A stretch of 64,000 nt of DNA from the human T2T-CHM13v2.0 reference genome, Homo sapiens. Shown here in pieces: positions 36,946 through 51,303 of the stretch. The notes beneath the pieces were generated by a model, which was not told where the DNA came from, did not search any database, and worked only from the letters and a program-made list of their open reading frames with translations. Position numbers and translations under genes: made by a program. The stretch lies in the NCBI RefSeq assembly GCF_009914755.1, contig NC_060947.1; one strand, given 5' to 3'. Each line of letters opens with the position of its first letter. The first letter of the stretch is position 1.

Positions 36946-39900
36946 TTATACCTTACACTTCATTGTGAGGATTTGCTGGGGAAAATGATAGATAGATAAA
37001 TGGGTAGATGAATGAATGTATATATGCACCCTCAATGTGTATTGCACATGAAGTATATTTTACATTTGAAAATACTTTTAATCTGTCTTGTAAAAATAAG
37101 GCTTGACATTTGCCTATAGAGTTTTTAATAAACTATACTAATAGTAGTTACAACTATTTTTTAAAAGTAGAAAAATGCATTGTCAAAATAAAAATGAGTA
37201 ACAGGATGGTCACTATGTTCAAGGAGCAGAAAAATATCATTTGAAAATGTCATTTAAGAAGGTCGGTGAATTAAGAGAAATCAATGTAATTTATGTAAAA
37301 AATATGTATTCAGTAAAAATTGTGGTGTCCATGGACTTGCTAAATATTTTTATTATATGAAAATGTATGGAAAATATGTAGAATTCTTTACCTCATTTAA
37401 AACCTTGTTTACTGGAAGGTAAAAACCTGTGAGTATGTACCTATGTCTAAATATATAATAGTATTGTCAGGATTTTACACATGATGCACTTTTATTGTAA
37501 CACATGTTGCACGTTTATTGTGGCTAGTTCTTTCTACCTTTGATATTTAAATTCTTAGTATTCCTGAAGAAACTGAACTCACAACAGTCTGTAACATACA
37601 GAGTACAGACAATGGGAAATGGCTTTTAATGAAATTCAATACCAATATTAAGCAGTTTTAGCGAATTAGGATTGAATTGAACATTATCTAGGATTATATT
37701 TATCAAGATTTTCAATTCTTTGCTTAATTTTTCCTGTAGAATAGTTTTACAGAAAATCATTGCATTAAAGGAACTGCTTTTGATATATATTAATTTGTTT
37801 ACCTGTTAGTAAAATCAGAGATATGTGGGCAGTAAACGAGTGACTTCTACTTCACAGAAACTTGTCATCATTGTCTAAGCTCTTATTTTGAAGCTCAAGT
37901 TGTTATAAGTACTTAACACTATAGATTCTAAGGGATAGAGAATGGAAGGGACCAGGCATTGAATTCTGTTTCTGTGACAAACAAAGTCTTGTAACCGGAG
38001 AGCTGCTTTTTTTTTTTTTTTTTTTTTTTAACTATTTATCTCTTCATGAAAAATGGTGACTGTCACTGAAAGATCTTTTTTACTCTGTCACAGGCTTCTC
38101 AAAGGGCACACAAAATGAAAACGTGGGATTCAACTAGTTAAATAATGAATCAATTTCGAGGTTTTAGCATAGGTGACACCTCCATGGTCGTCTTTTTGGA
38201 CTGTGATTTCTGGTAATAGCAAGTGAAAAAAAACTATTACCGCTGTTGCTATGGATCTTCTATCTGCTGAGGTTCAGGCATCGTTTTTGGAGGCTGCGAT
38301 GTAAACCCTGCTTAGGGAAGGTAGAATTTCATAATAACAGAGGATTACTGCTGCCTCATGAGTAAACAGAAAATGTAGGTGAGGGAAAAGGTGTTGGACT
38401 CTGGAAGAACAGAAAAACAGTATTTCCAAGGAAGGGGAAATCCTTTGCTTTAAAGATTGAGAATTCTTTCTGTATTTTTTTAGAATGGGAAATTTCTCTA
38501 CTTTCTGCAGAGAGGAGAAAAAGCTAACAGAAAAGGAAATTGGGGAGGTAATAGTCATTTGTTTTTTCTTGTTGCGTGTGAGTTTTGTGATAAAAGTGAC
38601 ATTTACATAATTAATTTGCTATGGCAAGAAAATGTCTAAAGAGTCTTTTTCGTTGGTAGAAAGCTTGTGAAAGATCAGGGAAAAGATCTAACATAACGGG
38701 AATGGTGATTACAGCTGCTTTTCTATTTAAGATGTGCAATTTTGGTAGCATGTGTTTTGGGCCAATACATTGTTTCTAGACACTTGGAGTCATTTTGGGT
38801 GGCCTTTTTTTTTCCTTTGGTAGCCAAAATAAATATTTTTCATTAATAAAGAAAGATGCCAGAATATCTATCACTTGATTTTACTTGGCTAATTTGAACT
38901 GCTATTTTGTGGGGAGCGGGGGGCTAAAGAGGAGGCTCACTTTAAAATGACTGGACTTAATATCATTGTTATTTTTCCAGTAGGTTCTGGCATTAAAGGT
39001 CTCCCTTGGGGAATGATTAAAACAGTTCTGTGGAGCATTTCAAGGCTGAGTAGCATCTCATATATACTCTAAAATAAGTTTGCCTAATGACTTTTTAGCA
39101 CCACTTGATTTATGTTTTGGCTAAGAGTTCTAAATAGTAGTAGTCCAATTACTTTTTTCTAGGAATATTTACAGACACTACATACTGTATTGTTTACATT
39201 ATTGACTTTTAACTTTACAGTAGTTTAAAAGGTGTAAATGTCTTTATGCTTAAAACAAACAAACAAACAAAAAAACACTGTTTTCTGCCACTGTTTTCTC
39301 TATCCTGTTCCAGGATAGAGACAGTTCTCTCCCTTTGTCCACCCACATGCCTGGGTTCTGGGTCAATCTGTATAACTAGACGTATCTTAATTTGATTACT
39401 CTGGGGTGTATTTTTGATGGTAGTGCATCATGAAATTACAATATAGGTGTGATCTTGGTTGAAAGATAAAGTACATTTTAGATATTTTTAAAAAATTTCT
39501 TTAACTGAAAAGATTATCTGTTAATTGTGAAAGAATACTCTTATTTAATATGGCCAAGTGGTTCCAGAGCTTGATACTTTATTTTTCTTTTCCTGATAGG
39601 ACACTAAATCATTTCCTCCTAACTACTAGAATGAATAAAGAATGTAGTGTATACTGTTCCACTATACTGTGAAATTGCCTGTGTGCCTTTCTGCAAATGT
39701 AAAGTAAAGAGATTGCATAGGTAATCCTTAAGCTCTAAAACTGAGTTTTGGAGATTCTACTCAGGAATTGGGACTAGGTTATTATTTGTAAAAGACAGCA
39801 TACACGCAACATTTTATATATTGAAGGGATCAGGTACTCATTCCAGGCAAATTTTGAATTTGATGTAAATAATTTTTAACTGAAGCAATGAATGTGTAAT

Positions 39901-40264
39901 TATGCTTTTACTGTGTGTATTTAATTTTCTGCTAAGAGGTAGTAAGGCTATAATATTTGGCTTATGCTTTGGACAAAAGGAAAGTTCTTTGAAATTTTGA
40001 ATTTTTAGGTTCTCCCTGGCAAATATTTTGATTCCTTGTATTTTTGGAAAATAATAATCATCTACCATCTTCCAGTAGTGCTTTTGGAGCTTTTTTAATT
40101 GAATGCAGCCTTTCTCAACCAGAATTCCTCATCTGAACCATAAAACAGAAAATGATTTTGAGTTACTGTCTTCTCAATTCTCTCAAGAAGGACATATAAG
40201 GAAGCCCAATTCTAGATGCACCGGAGAGCAGTTAATTTTTTCATATAAGGATTCTTTAGGGTAG

Positions 40265-40466
40265 CAGTGGTCAAACTACATCTAAGGGCCAAATACTGTC
40301 TGTAACCTAGTCATGTGAGGCCTGCAAGCTAAAAATATTTTTTACATTTTAAAAGAGTTATTTAAAAAAGATGTGACAGAGACTCAGAGACTGTAAAGTG
40401 TACCTGACCCACAAAGCCTGAAATATTTAGCATCCAGCCTTTACAAGAAAGGTTTGCCGATCCCTG
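40265..40466. mobile_element. MER58-type hAT-Charlie element
   Basis: ggtcaaactac...acccacaaagcctgaaatatttagcatccagcctttacaagaaaggtttgccgatccctg. Confidence 0.82.
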
Positions 40467-43400
40467 CCTTGGGGCATTAAGCCCGACTGAGAATTGCTGA
40501 TGTAAAGAAAGGAAGCATTTTATAGTACTTTCACTGAGGTTGTGGATATAGTATGACAATAGAAAAGATTTTCACTTTACTAAAGTAACTGACTTGCCTA
40601 TTGGTTCCATTATTGTGATGCTTAATTCAAGAAAAGCCCTCAGATCAGAGTAAATAGGCAGATATGTTTCTGTTTGCTTTTTAGAGATACACTTTAACCA
40701 TGGAATTACATAGAATGTTGTATTGGTAATGACAATGAATGATAAATTACATTTATATGTTTGTGTGCAGATACATTTTAGTATTTTTCTCGGTTTCTAG
40801 AGAAAGAAAATAAAAATGGGAGCATTTTATAAAGTAATATAAGGGAGGACAGGGGAGAGGCTTAATTGCTTTTATCAGTATTTAAAATTAGATGGCCACA
40901 TCTATTAGAGAAGGAAAGTGAATAGGGAGTGTTAAGTGTCAGATATAATCACATTTGTTTCCTCCTTGTACTGAGTAAGTGTCTTCACCCTACAATTAAC
41001 ATCTCAGGTAGCTTGTCTGAAGTAAGGAGAATAATACTTAATCAAAAATGCATTAAAATTATTAGATCATAGCATATGAAATAATCAGGCTTTACCAATG
41101 CCACTTGACTACTTGATTTAGTGGGGGAGGTACCATCCACCATAAAACACGTATTGGTATGTCACAATTGTCAAAGGAATGAAAATGACCATCAGGCATT
41201 ATTTGTAATTTGCTGCTGATTTCCTTTATCTCCATATTCAGTTAATCATGAAGTTCTATCAGTATTTTTTTTCCGCAAAATATCAGACATCATCTCTTCT
41301 TTTGTCACACTATTCTTTTGTCATTAAGTAGACTCAAGGCTGCGTGTACAGATGATGCAGTTACTTAAAACACAACCTTTATTTTTTCACTCATCTGCTG
41401 AAAGCTTTCAGCGGCTGCCTACTAGCCTGACCAGAAATTCCAAGGAAAGATGAGTCAAGCCAGGCTTGCTGAGGTGGTCAGGAAAGGCTGTACTAGATAG
41501 CTGAGCTGGCTTTCAGACTGGGTGTAAATAAGGGAAAGAAAGAGGAGAAATGAAATTAGCCAAGGCAAGAAATAACAAAGGGAATTCTAAGGTTGCGTTT
41601 TCCAAAATGTTTTATAAGTCCTTTTGGGGTAGGCAGTGAGGATTTGTTTGATGAATAGTACTTTCTCCCTGGTTAGGGTTGTAAAATGATAGGGTACAAA
41701 TGAACTCAAGTTGTAAATTACTGATCTTTTAGGGTAGACACTGTTCCAATCATTTTAATTACTTAGAATTGCTCATCAAGCAATTTAAGAACTAATTAAG
41801 AAACTTTGTCATTTATCTCCATCCTGAGGTTACTTATTTGTGATTACTCTCCCCACTCCACCCCCAGCTAGAAATCACTCAGTATAAAATTTAAAAAAAA
41901 AGCCAAGTGTTTCATAAGGGTCACTTCCAGTTCTAAAATCTTACTGCATTTTTAAGTTCCTAAACAGACTATATAGCATTTTTTTTTAAGGAAAAAGATC
42001 AACTTTTGTATATGTATTCAGATTTAGTACTAGATGTTGATTATCCCAATTGGAGAATTACAGTTTTGTTAAATTGATTTCTAAATAGACAAGGACTATA
42101 AATATCAACTAATATAATGCTTTATATTTATATTAGCAAAAATTAACTTAGTCATATCTGTGTTGAGAACATGGAAATAGCTTTATGTTTGAAATGATAT
42201 TTGTTAAAAGATTCAACTCATTAGTAGATATCTCATAATTTCAGTAGCATTTTCTCCTCTATTTGAACATTTAATTTGTGCTTTGGTAATTTCAGCAATG
42301 TCAGCACAGATCAATGGGTGTAAAAACGGGTGAATTTGTACCTCTAGAGATAGGGATTAACATATTTACAAGTGCTATTGACAATGGGGACAATGGGGTA
42401 GGATGGAGATAGGTTTCAGAAATCTTAGTTCAAGAATATTTGGGGACCTTCAAGAGGAGATTAACTCACAACAAAAAGTAGAAGAGTCTTCTAAACTGAA
42501 AGTATTTGGGAAAGTGAAAATATGACAATATTTAGTGCTTTTTCCCCAAAATGAGTGGTATTCCCTATGCAAAGGAAAGGGAATAGCAATAATAAAATTG
42601 TCACTGAGATTGCTGAAATCTCAGCCCTGTATTGTTAATGTAAGCTACTTTCTCATATATATTAACTGTATCGTGGTGTACAGTATGGAGCTTTTATGCT
42701 CATTTGTAATAGTTCTTCTTAGGTTAGGTTTTCAGGTACAACTATTTCACACATACACACACACATACTTACCATTTTACTTGGTTTTTAAGTGTATTCT
42801 TATTTATTAATGCACTGTTCCAAATCTTTTAAAGAATTAGATAGAGTAATAAAAACTAACAATAAGCATTTGTTTAGCCTTGCACACATATACACACACA
42901 TAAACACAGACTTTGATGATATTTTTCACTTTGGGAAAATGAAAAGGTGATTATTGAAAAATTAGAGACCATTCTTTTGTTCAATAACCTCCTCTCTTTT
43001 TGCCAAGATTAAAATCATTTCCTATTGATGCCATCATGCCATCAGTATCATTTTCTTTTGATCATAAAATGTTAAAGCCAGCAGGACCCAAGAGATAATT
43101 TTCCCTAGTCCTACGATTCCATTGGGTAACTCTTAATAAATACTATTTGATTAAATTCATTCAGAATATATATTTGATTAAGGAGGAAAATGTTGGAGGG
43201 AAATTATTCTGCAGCCACTTTCTCATTAAGAATGAAAAGGTAAGTCTATGTAAAATTCCACTTTTTCAATCAGTGTTAATTTTCTAAAAGAACTCATGGT
43301 GTTAATAATTTAGTGCTGTGCTTACAAGCTTCAAACATATTGATTTTAATTGGAGTTCCACATCTAGAAGAAAGATAGGCAGTGAGCAAATCAATTTTGT

Positions 43401-44861
43401 TTTAATCCAATGCATTTTAATAAGTGTGCTAAAAATTCACCATAACATTACCCATGATAGTTCGATATTTGCTATAAGGGGCTGCTGCCTTAAATTCTAA
43501 CCAAAGGCATTTATTTCTGAAAGTACTAGAATGACATCCTTTTATTTTCCCTCTAATATGGATAGCATAAAATGAGGCTCTCAGCATCTGTCACTTCAAA
43601 GTGCCCTGTGTGGGTTTGGTTAAATAATGGCCTGAATAAATTAGGATACCTGTTTTATCATTCATGTATTAACAGAGTCTTTGTCTTTCTTTCATTGTAT
43701 GGCCTTTTCCCCCTTTCCAAATGAATATTTTATAGTTAGGGCTTGTTATCAATCCCAGGCCATATTTATGTAACCTCCTGTTTAGTCAGTAATAATCTCT
43801 GTAATTTTAACATTAATGCTCCTGGTTAAACCTGACGCCTGGTTGAATTGTGTATTTCTATATGTATTTAGCACAATGAAATTAAAAGAAATTTACAGCA
43901 GAGTGGTATGCAAACTGTGGCTCTTCAAGGCCTCTAATCTTTGCATTAGAGTATGAAATCATCCTGGATGCTCCAGGACATACAGTAGACATGTGGTTCT
44001 GGTTAATAGTGATTGTAGATGTGCTTCTAGAATCAGATTTATATATACCACTGATATGCATCCTTGTGTATGTGGCTGCTACCAACTCTTCTTTGAGTAT
44101 AGCTCCGTATTCTTTCGAGAATTGCTGTTTTGCAACACAAATAACTGTCTCCAGTTGAAGGAAAAAAATCTCAAAGTTGTGACTTCGCAAAGTTTTTATT
44201 ATGTTAATCACATGAAAATAGGGATTGACTTAAAATTTCATACCTATGTTAACATCCGTCAGTTTACTGAATATAGTCTCCCTTTCACCAAAAGTCAGAA
44301 GTCAAGTTGCAAATGAAAAGATAATCACATGCCAAAGATTTCATTTTAGGAGGGACCCCAGGTAAATACCCTGCAAACATCCAACGGCCATGGTGTGTAA
44401 AGGGCCCTACTGGATACTGTGAGGATAGCTGGCACTGAGTAAGGCAGAGCCCTATCCTTAATAAGCCTGCTATTGAAAATAGAAAGTCATGGCAATGAAA
44501 GAGAATGCAAACATAGTAAAATGTGTGCTCTAATGGAGGCACAAGTAAAGTCCTGTGGGAGGGCAGAAGATGAAGCAATGGATTGGTTAATCAGGTTCCC
44601 CTAGGGGGATGATAAGGCTTGTTTTGTTTTTAATTAAAGATGCTGCGATTTTCAGAGATGGAGAAGGAGAGCAAGGTATTGTAGACTGAGAAAATGGCAT
44701 GAGTCAAAGGCTCAAAAATTTAAAAATAGAGTCATTTCCTAATGGATCACTGTATTTAAGTTTGTATGTCTAAGGTATTACCTACTGAAGCATTGGGCTT
44801 GAAATATGTTCAGATATCCCTGGAATTTTCCCTTTGGAAACTTAGTTTCACTGGATGTTCA

Positions 44862-44864
<3 letters not shown>

Positions 44865-44903
<39 letters not shown>

Positions 44904-44908
44904 AGATC

Positions 44909-44946
<38 letters not shown>

Positions 44947-45170
44947 TCTATATATATATTTATATATATATAGAGAGATCTATATATATATTTATATATA
45001 TATAGAGAGATCTATATATATATTTATATATATATAGAGAGATCTATATATATATTTATATATATATAGAGAGATCTATATATATATTTATATATATAGA
45101 GAGAAACGTATATAGATCTACATATAGATCTATATAACATCTATCTATATAGAGAAACATATATATATGT
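44865..45170. repeat. Compound (TC)19-(TA)n-(GA)n repeat plus 32-bp AT-rich VNTR (44941-45098)
   Basis: Four exact copies of GAGAGATCTATATATATATTTATATATATATA plus one 30-bp copy. Confidence 0.95.
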
Positions 45171-48037
45171 TACTTTCTGAGTACTACTTTATGTTCTGAG
45201 TGAATTTACTTCACAACTAGGAGAGAAAGACAAATAAAACTTTAGGTCCTGTATGAGCTGAACTTATTAGGTCCTTATTTAGGTCCTGTATGAGCTGTAT
45301 GAACCCCTTGACTTCCTCCGGGATAGTCACGTGTATATAATGGGACATGGCCAGTGTGAAGGATGAGAAATCAGTCTGGACAATGACTCATTCTGCTGCT
45401 CTTTATCTATTCTTGGTGTCTAGGCCCACTTCATTACAGTGTTAGAGTGTTGGGGCTTGAATACGGTCTACTAGTGATTTTGAATTTCTCACTGGAACAA
45501 TGGCGTGGTATATAATTTTCATTTGAGCTATTGTGTGCTGTTATAGGCTTGGCCACATGACCAGTACCAATGAATCCATTACCTTGTTTCAAAACTAGGG
45601 TTGGTGATTGCTAGTGATGAAGGAAGGGGAACAAAGGGACTTGGCTTCTAATACTTCACAGATTCACACAGCTTCAGAGCAGTAAGGGATTTAAAGATTG
45701 AATACACCTCTCTCCCTCATACAGATGGTGAAATCGACATTAAGTCACTGATTTCTTGTAATTTTCAAGATAAGCAAAATTAAGTCAATTTTTTCCTGAC
45801 CTCTCTGCTCTCTTTACCTCTGTAGTACTTATGAGAAACCAGACCTCCTTTTTCCTTTGGAATGACTGTAAGGTCAGAGAGGAATTAGCTAAATGATGCA
45901 ATGGAATTTGCATCCAGCATTTATTGTGATGATAGCCTTGACTTTCGGTTTATTGAGAGAAGAATGTGATTGTTTGCAGGATGTTTCCTTCCCTTTACCC
46001 ATGGATATAATTAAAGGTTTAAGGGAACTTCAGATCCCAGAGAGTTAGTAAAAAACAAAAAACACAAAATTAGTTATTTCTTTTCACTTAAAAGGGCTTA
46101 TATCCAAAGATGATTTACCTGGTTGAACAAAATAATCTGACGTTTCTACTTTTAATTAAAATAACAGGAATGTGAAGACCTCCATATTTGTGAAATGGAG
46201 CTAATGAAAGTGCTGCCTATTATGACTTTGGTTCTTGCTTGAGGATTTTTAAGATAAGGAAAGTTATTAAATTTATTCTCGTTCTTTCCATATTTCATTT
46301 TTCTTTGGAAAAATGTGATATGTGGTTAAGTGACAATAGAATCAAAGAAATGTCTCATTCTTCTTTACTCCATTGTAAAATGAACTGTCTTACAAACATG
46401 TAAAGAACAGCATTCTTCACATCCCAGAATGTATCCTGCTTGCTTTCTTGTTCTTTTCCTCTGATCTGAGCTGGGGTAAAAAGAGGAATGCAAGTTAGCA
46501 GGCAGAGGAAGCTCTTTTCCTATCCTCTCGTGAGTAGGAGGAATTAAGATGAAGGAATATTATCAATTATTCTTTTGTTCTTAAAGATGAATTAGACTCA
46601 AAATTATTAGTCAGGAGAAACTCCTCAAACTGCTATGTTATTCATACGCTATGTCAAAATCTTTTGTAATAATTTTAATGAAGTTATCCTTTACTAAAAT
46701 ATCTCATTCTAAGTATTTTTGCTAATGAGATGCATTTAAAAATAAGAATAATAAAATAAAGAGAAGATGAAAAAGTACCTATACAATTAATTTTATTTCT
46801 GCCTTATGAACACATTTTTCTTGCTGCTATGCACAAAATTGCTGAAAGTTTAAACAGTTGCCTTAATAGTATGAAATAATACTGTGTGAGACCTTTGACT
46901 TTATGCTTCACCATTGAGACCAGGGTTGGAGTGCTGTTGCCTCATTCGTCTCAAAACTGCCGTTTAAGTAGGTGGGTAAAGATAAGGAGTCAACTGTGAG
47001 TTGATAAAATGCTGTCTGATGACCACAAGGAAGCCCAGGGTTGATGTAATGACATATCCCTACTACATTTCATTTATCTCATTTCATGCATGTAAAATCT
47101 GGGAATTTGACTGCTACTTTATGTTGCAAAGGCAAGTTATAATAAACTTTGAGAAAGATGTAAAAATGTAAGTATACCATAAAAATAGGTAAGCTAATAA
47201 CATTTTCATTGTACACTTAGTTAAAATATTTTGAGCCCTTATAAATATGGAAATACAAATTTAAATGACTGTCCACATAAAGAAATTTAACCTGAAGCCA
47301 AATTCTTCATGTTTAATTTGAAACATATACAGACATACTTAATTTTTATCTTAGTTCTTATTCTGTCATATGCAAAATACAGTGGAGCTAAGTATTTCAC
47401 TTCAGAAATATAAATCACAGGGATCTCTAAAGAATTCCATAAAATTTTATCTGATAACTTGTAGTATGAACCTGAAGTTGTGCAAAGTAAAAAATTACTC
47501 TGCTAACATCACATTTTTCAAAGGTTGAGAAAATTTTGTGGGGAGTTTATTTTATCCTTCTGATTATTAAAGTAATCTGAGCATGCATGGTCATTTGAAC
47601 AATTCTAGGCCTGCATAAACCTAGCACAAAATTAACAATTGATGCTAAATGTTGTTTTTTATTCCTGGACAATTTCATCAATTTGTGGGGGGTTTTAAAT
47701 GAACAGAACTGGAAACCTTAGTATTAAGGGTTACTGAAGTATACAACAAATCACTGATAAAGCTGGAATTGGAGCTGTTGGATTCTTGACATTGGATCCT
47801 ATGGGAATCATGATATGGAATGGCATCACTACTTTATCTCCTACACTCTAGAGGCTAGCCCATTCCAGCCTAGTTATTGACATGGAAAAAAAAATAGTCT
47901 GAGAAATGCCAGAAAGTCAAGATTACTTATGAATCATTTTTCTTTAAAATTGTAATATGAAATATTTGGTAGTTGTGCATACATATGAGGGCCAATCAAT
48001 TGCATAGTGGTTCAACAATTATTAAAAAATTGCATCA

Positions 48038-48495
48038 TTTTCACCAACATCTTTCCCACCAAACCCCAACCACCACAGTCTGGTTACCATTCTACTCTAG
48101 TTCTATGAGGTCAATTTTTTATATTCCACATGTGAGTGAGATAATGCAGTATTTGTCTTTCTGTGCCTAGCTTTCTTCACTTAGCATACTGTCTTGCAGG
48201 ATCATCCATGTTGTTGCAAATGATTGGTAAAAGGATACAAAATTTTAGTTAGGAGGAATAGGTTCAGAAGATATACTACACAACATGGTAATATAATTAA
48301 TAATAATACATTGTATTCTTGAAAAATACTAACAGAGTGGATGTTAAGTGTTCTCACCACAAAGATAAGAAATATAGCATGTAATGCATGTTAATTAGCT
48401 AGATTTAGTCATTTCATGATGTATATACTGTATATTTCAAAACATCTTATTGTATATGATAAATACATACAATTTTGTCAGTTTAAAAAATTAAT
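48038..48495. mobile_element. L1MA 3' end with 5' inversion (minus 48038-48223, plus 48224-48495)
   Basis: The two segments are contiguous in L1 3'-UTR coordinates but opposite in orientation; degenerate TSD AAAAATTGCATCA / AAAAATTATATCA. Confidence 0.8.
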
Positions 48496-49200
48496 AAAAA
48501 TTATATCAGTTTAAATATAGAAAAGTCCTATTTTAAATTTTTTCAATTCTTTTAAGTTTACATTTTTCAAATTCTTTAAGCATTGGGATAGTACAGAGTA
48601 GACATTAGACAATTGTGTGATCTCTTTACGATGGAAAATAATTTTGCTTTTATAGCAAAAGGGGTTATAGTTTAAATTACAAATAAATCCTAGCTGTAGT
48701 GAAGGAACCTTAGACATAACAGTCAGGAGATCTGCGTTCAGATTTAAGCTTTGCCACTAGTTAACTACCTTTTATCTTTGAACAATTTGTAACCTCTCCA
48801 GGGTATAGTTTCCTCCCTGTAAAAATATATTTTGGACAAGTTTGCTAAGTTCCTGTTCATCTCAAAGATTATCTAATTCTTTTAATTTCAAGAGTCTGTA
48901 TCTCTTCTTAATTTCTCTAAGACTTACCATTTTAACATAAATGGCCTTAAATTACATAGCTTCCATTTAGTGATCCTAGCCTAGGACAAAACGGGTATAC
49001 AATAAATGCTTGTTGCTGATGGTGATGATAAAGAGTTGGATTGAATGACCTATATACATTTCCTTCCATTTCTAAAAGCCCGTGATTGAGAGAGCAGCCA
49101 ATTGTATATGGATTATATCTGGCACTTAAAAAAGATAGTGTCCTGTTTTCTCGAACTCAGCACTGGTAAGAGTTATACGGCTGTTGACATTAAAATTCTG

Positions 49201-49524
49201 TTTTTTGTTTGTTTGTTTGTTTTGTTTTGTTTTGAGAAAGGCTCTCACTGTGTTGCCCAGGCTGGAGTGCAGTGGTGTGATCATGGCTCACTGTAGCCTC
49301 GCCCTTCTAGGCTCAGGTGGTCCTCCCACCTCAGTGTGCTGAGTAGCTGGGACTACAGGCACGTGCCACCATGCCTGGCTAATTTTTTGTATTTCTTTTT
49401 TAGTAGAGATAGGGTTTCACCCTGTTGCCCAGGCTTGTCTTGGACTCAGCTGAGCTCAAATGATCCACCTGTCTCAGCCTCCCAAAGTGCTGGGATTATA
49501 GGCATGAGCCAACTGCACCTGGCC
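49201..49524 (-). mobile_element. AluJ with (TTTG)n tail
   Basis: gatcatggctcactgtagcctc...ggctcaggtggtcctcccacctcag. Confidence 0.93.
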
Positions 49525-50649
49525 TAAATCTCCTTTTTTTTAAAAAAATGATATCTTGATTAGGAAACATTCAGCAAACATTTTAGGCAATGTTCATAAG
49601 GGCAAGTGAAAAATCTTAACACAGGCAATCATAATAGAACAGTAATTTAATTTGAGGCTCATAAACCAACTAGAGAATGACTTTTATTTATATGCATTCT
49701 GCTTCTTAGATGACAGGAAACTGTATATACATGGAAGTAATCCAGAAAAACATTTCGTCTCTAGCCTGGGAGAACTGATTTGATCAATTTAAACAGGTAG
49801 CTAAATATCTCTAGTTTAGTACATTGTTAGGCTGAAGTTTTTAGTTGCTCTCTGTGATTGTCAGGGCACTTTGTATTCACTGCAAGTCACTCCTGGTGTT
49901 CCCACTTGAGGACTTCAAGGAAGTAAGAAATCTTCTTTTAAGCCTTGATATCATTAGCACATTATTTGCTCATTATTTCCTGTAACACTCCTCCTCATCA
50001 ATGAGTCACTGATAGGCCTATATACAGGCCAGTCTTTGTAAAGTGCAAAAAGTTATTTTATAGCTACAGCATTCATAGTATGGGCTTTATTAATGTAGGA
50101 AGGCAGGTGCAAAACAATTCAACCTTACTCAGCTTGGTTCTTAGTTCTGGAAGATTCTTTTAGGATACGTGAGTTGAATCCTTCCAGGTCAAATCCTGTG
50201 AGAAATCTGCCTCCTCTTCCTTACATCTATTATGTTTTCACTCTCAGTCCCAGAGTCTTACTGGGGGTCTTAGTTAGGTAGTTCAAATTCAAAGAACTAG
50301 ATTCTTTACCTTGGTTCTTTCCCACATTTTGCTCTCTAGGTCCCCATTCTGCGAGAACTCCAAGACTAATTCTAAATCCGTCTTCAATGTTCTTGTTTCT
50401 CCTGGCCACCAATTCCTAATGCCCCCCTCCACAAGTTGACCCATTTTCTACTAACTAGATCTAAAATTTTATCCTTCATCAATGTTGGCTGTTATCCTCA
50501 AAACTCTGTCATCAGTCACATCTTAACCTATTATAGGCCCTATCGACAATACATAGACTATATTGGGTATAAACAATGTTTAAGAATATGTATACAAAGT
50601 GTACGGGATATGTTGCTTGTGTTTTGACAAACATTATGTTTCTAATCTT

Positions 50650-50883
50650 GAGTCATCCCTCGGGATTCCAGGATACCTTCTTCTGCTGTGTATACCAAAA
50701 TTGGTGCATACTCAAGTCATGCAGTCGACCCTGCGGAACCCACATATATGAAAAGTCAGCCTTCCCTATACATGGGTTTCACATTCTGGAAATATTGTAT
50801 CTTTGATCTGTGTTTGGTTGAAAATAAATTCGTGTGTAAGTGAACCTATACAGTTAAAACCCATGTTGTTCAAGGGTCACCAG
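50650..50883 (+). mobile_element. MER8 (Tigger-derived)
   Basis: cagtcgaccctgcggaacccacatatatgaaaagtcagcc...aaacccatgttgttcaagggtca. Confidence 0.8.
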
Positions 50884-51104
50884 TGCTAATTTTAGAGACA
50901 TATCCTTAGAAGAAGTATTGCAGACTTCATTTTTAAAAATATAGGTATGTATAGTAAATGCCAAAGTCCTCTTAGTTTTACTTTAATCTCCAACTTGTCC
51001 ACTTTTAATGTACAGAATTAGATGAGACCCATATGCTTGCCTGGGAAAAATAAGGATAATGGGTTCCCTGTAATCAAGGATACAAATTTCACATCCATCT
51101 GCTT

Positions 51105-51303
51105 AGTGGTTCCCAAGTGCTGATGTCGAGACTAGTGTTCAAATGACTACACAGGAATCATTTGGGGTGCTTTTTCAGAAGTATTGGTTGCAAGGCCCCA
51201 GTCTCAGTAGGCTGAATCAGTAGTTTTGGGGTAAAGCCTAGGTATCCACATTTTAAAAGTGATATAGGTAGTTCTAATTTATAGCCAGGATTGGAGAGCA
51301 CCT
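51105..51303. mobile_element. MER5-type element
   Basis: agtggttcccaagtg...gaatcatttggggtgctt...tatagccaggattggagagcac. Confidence 0.65.

Noticed and set aside
43882-44316. Overlapping 109-aa and 107-aa ORFs
   Set aside because: No recognisable domain or splice context; the left end resembles a hAT terminus (agtggtatgcaaactgtgg), so likely a decayed transposon or chance.
44941-45098. Regularly spaced 32-bp repeats resembling a CRISPR array
   Set aside because: Head-to-tail low-complexity units with no unique spacers, in a mammalian intron.
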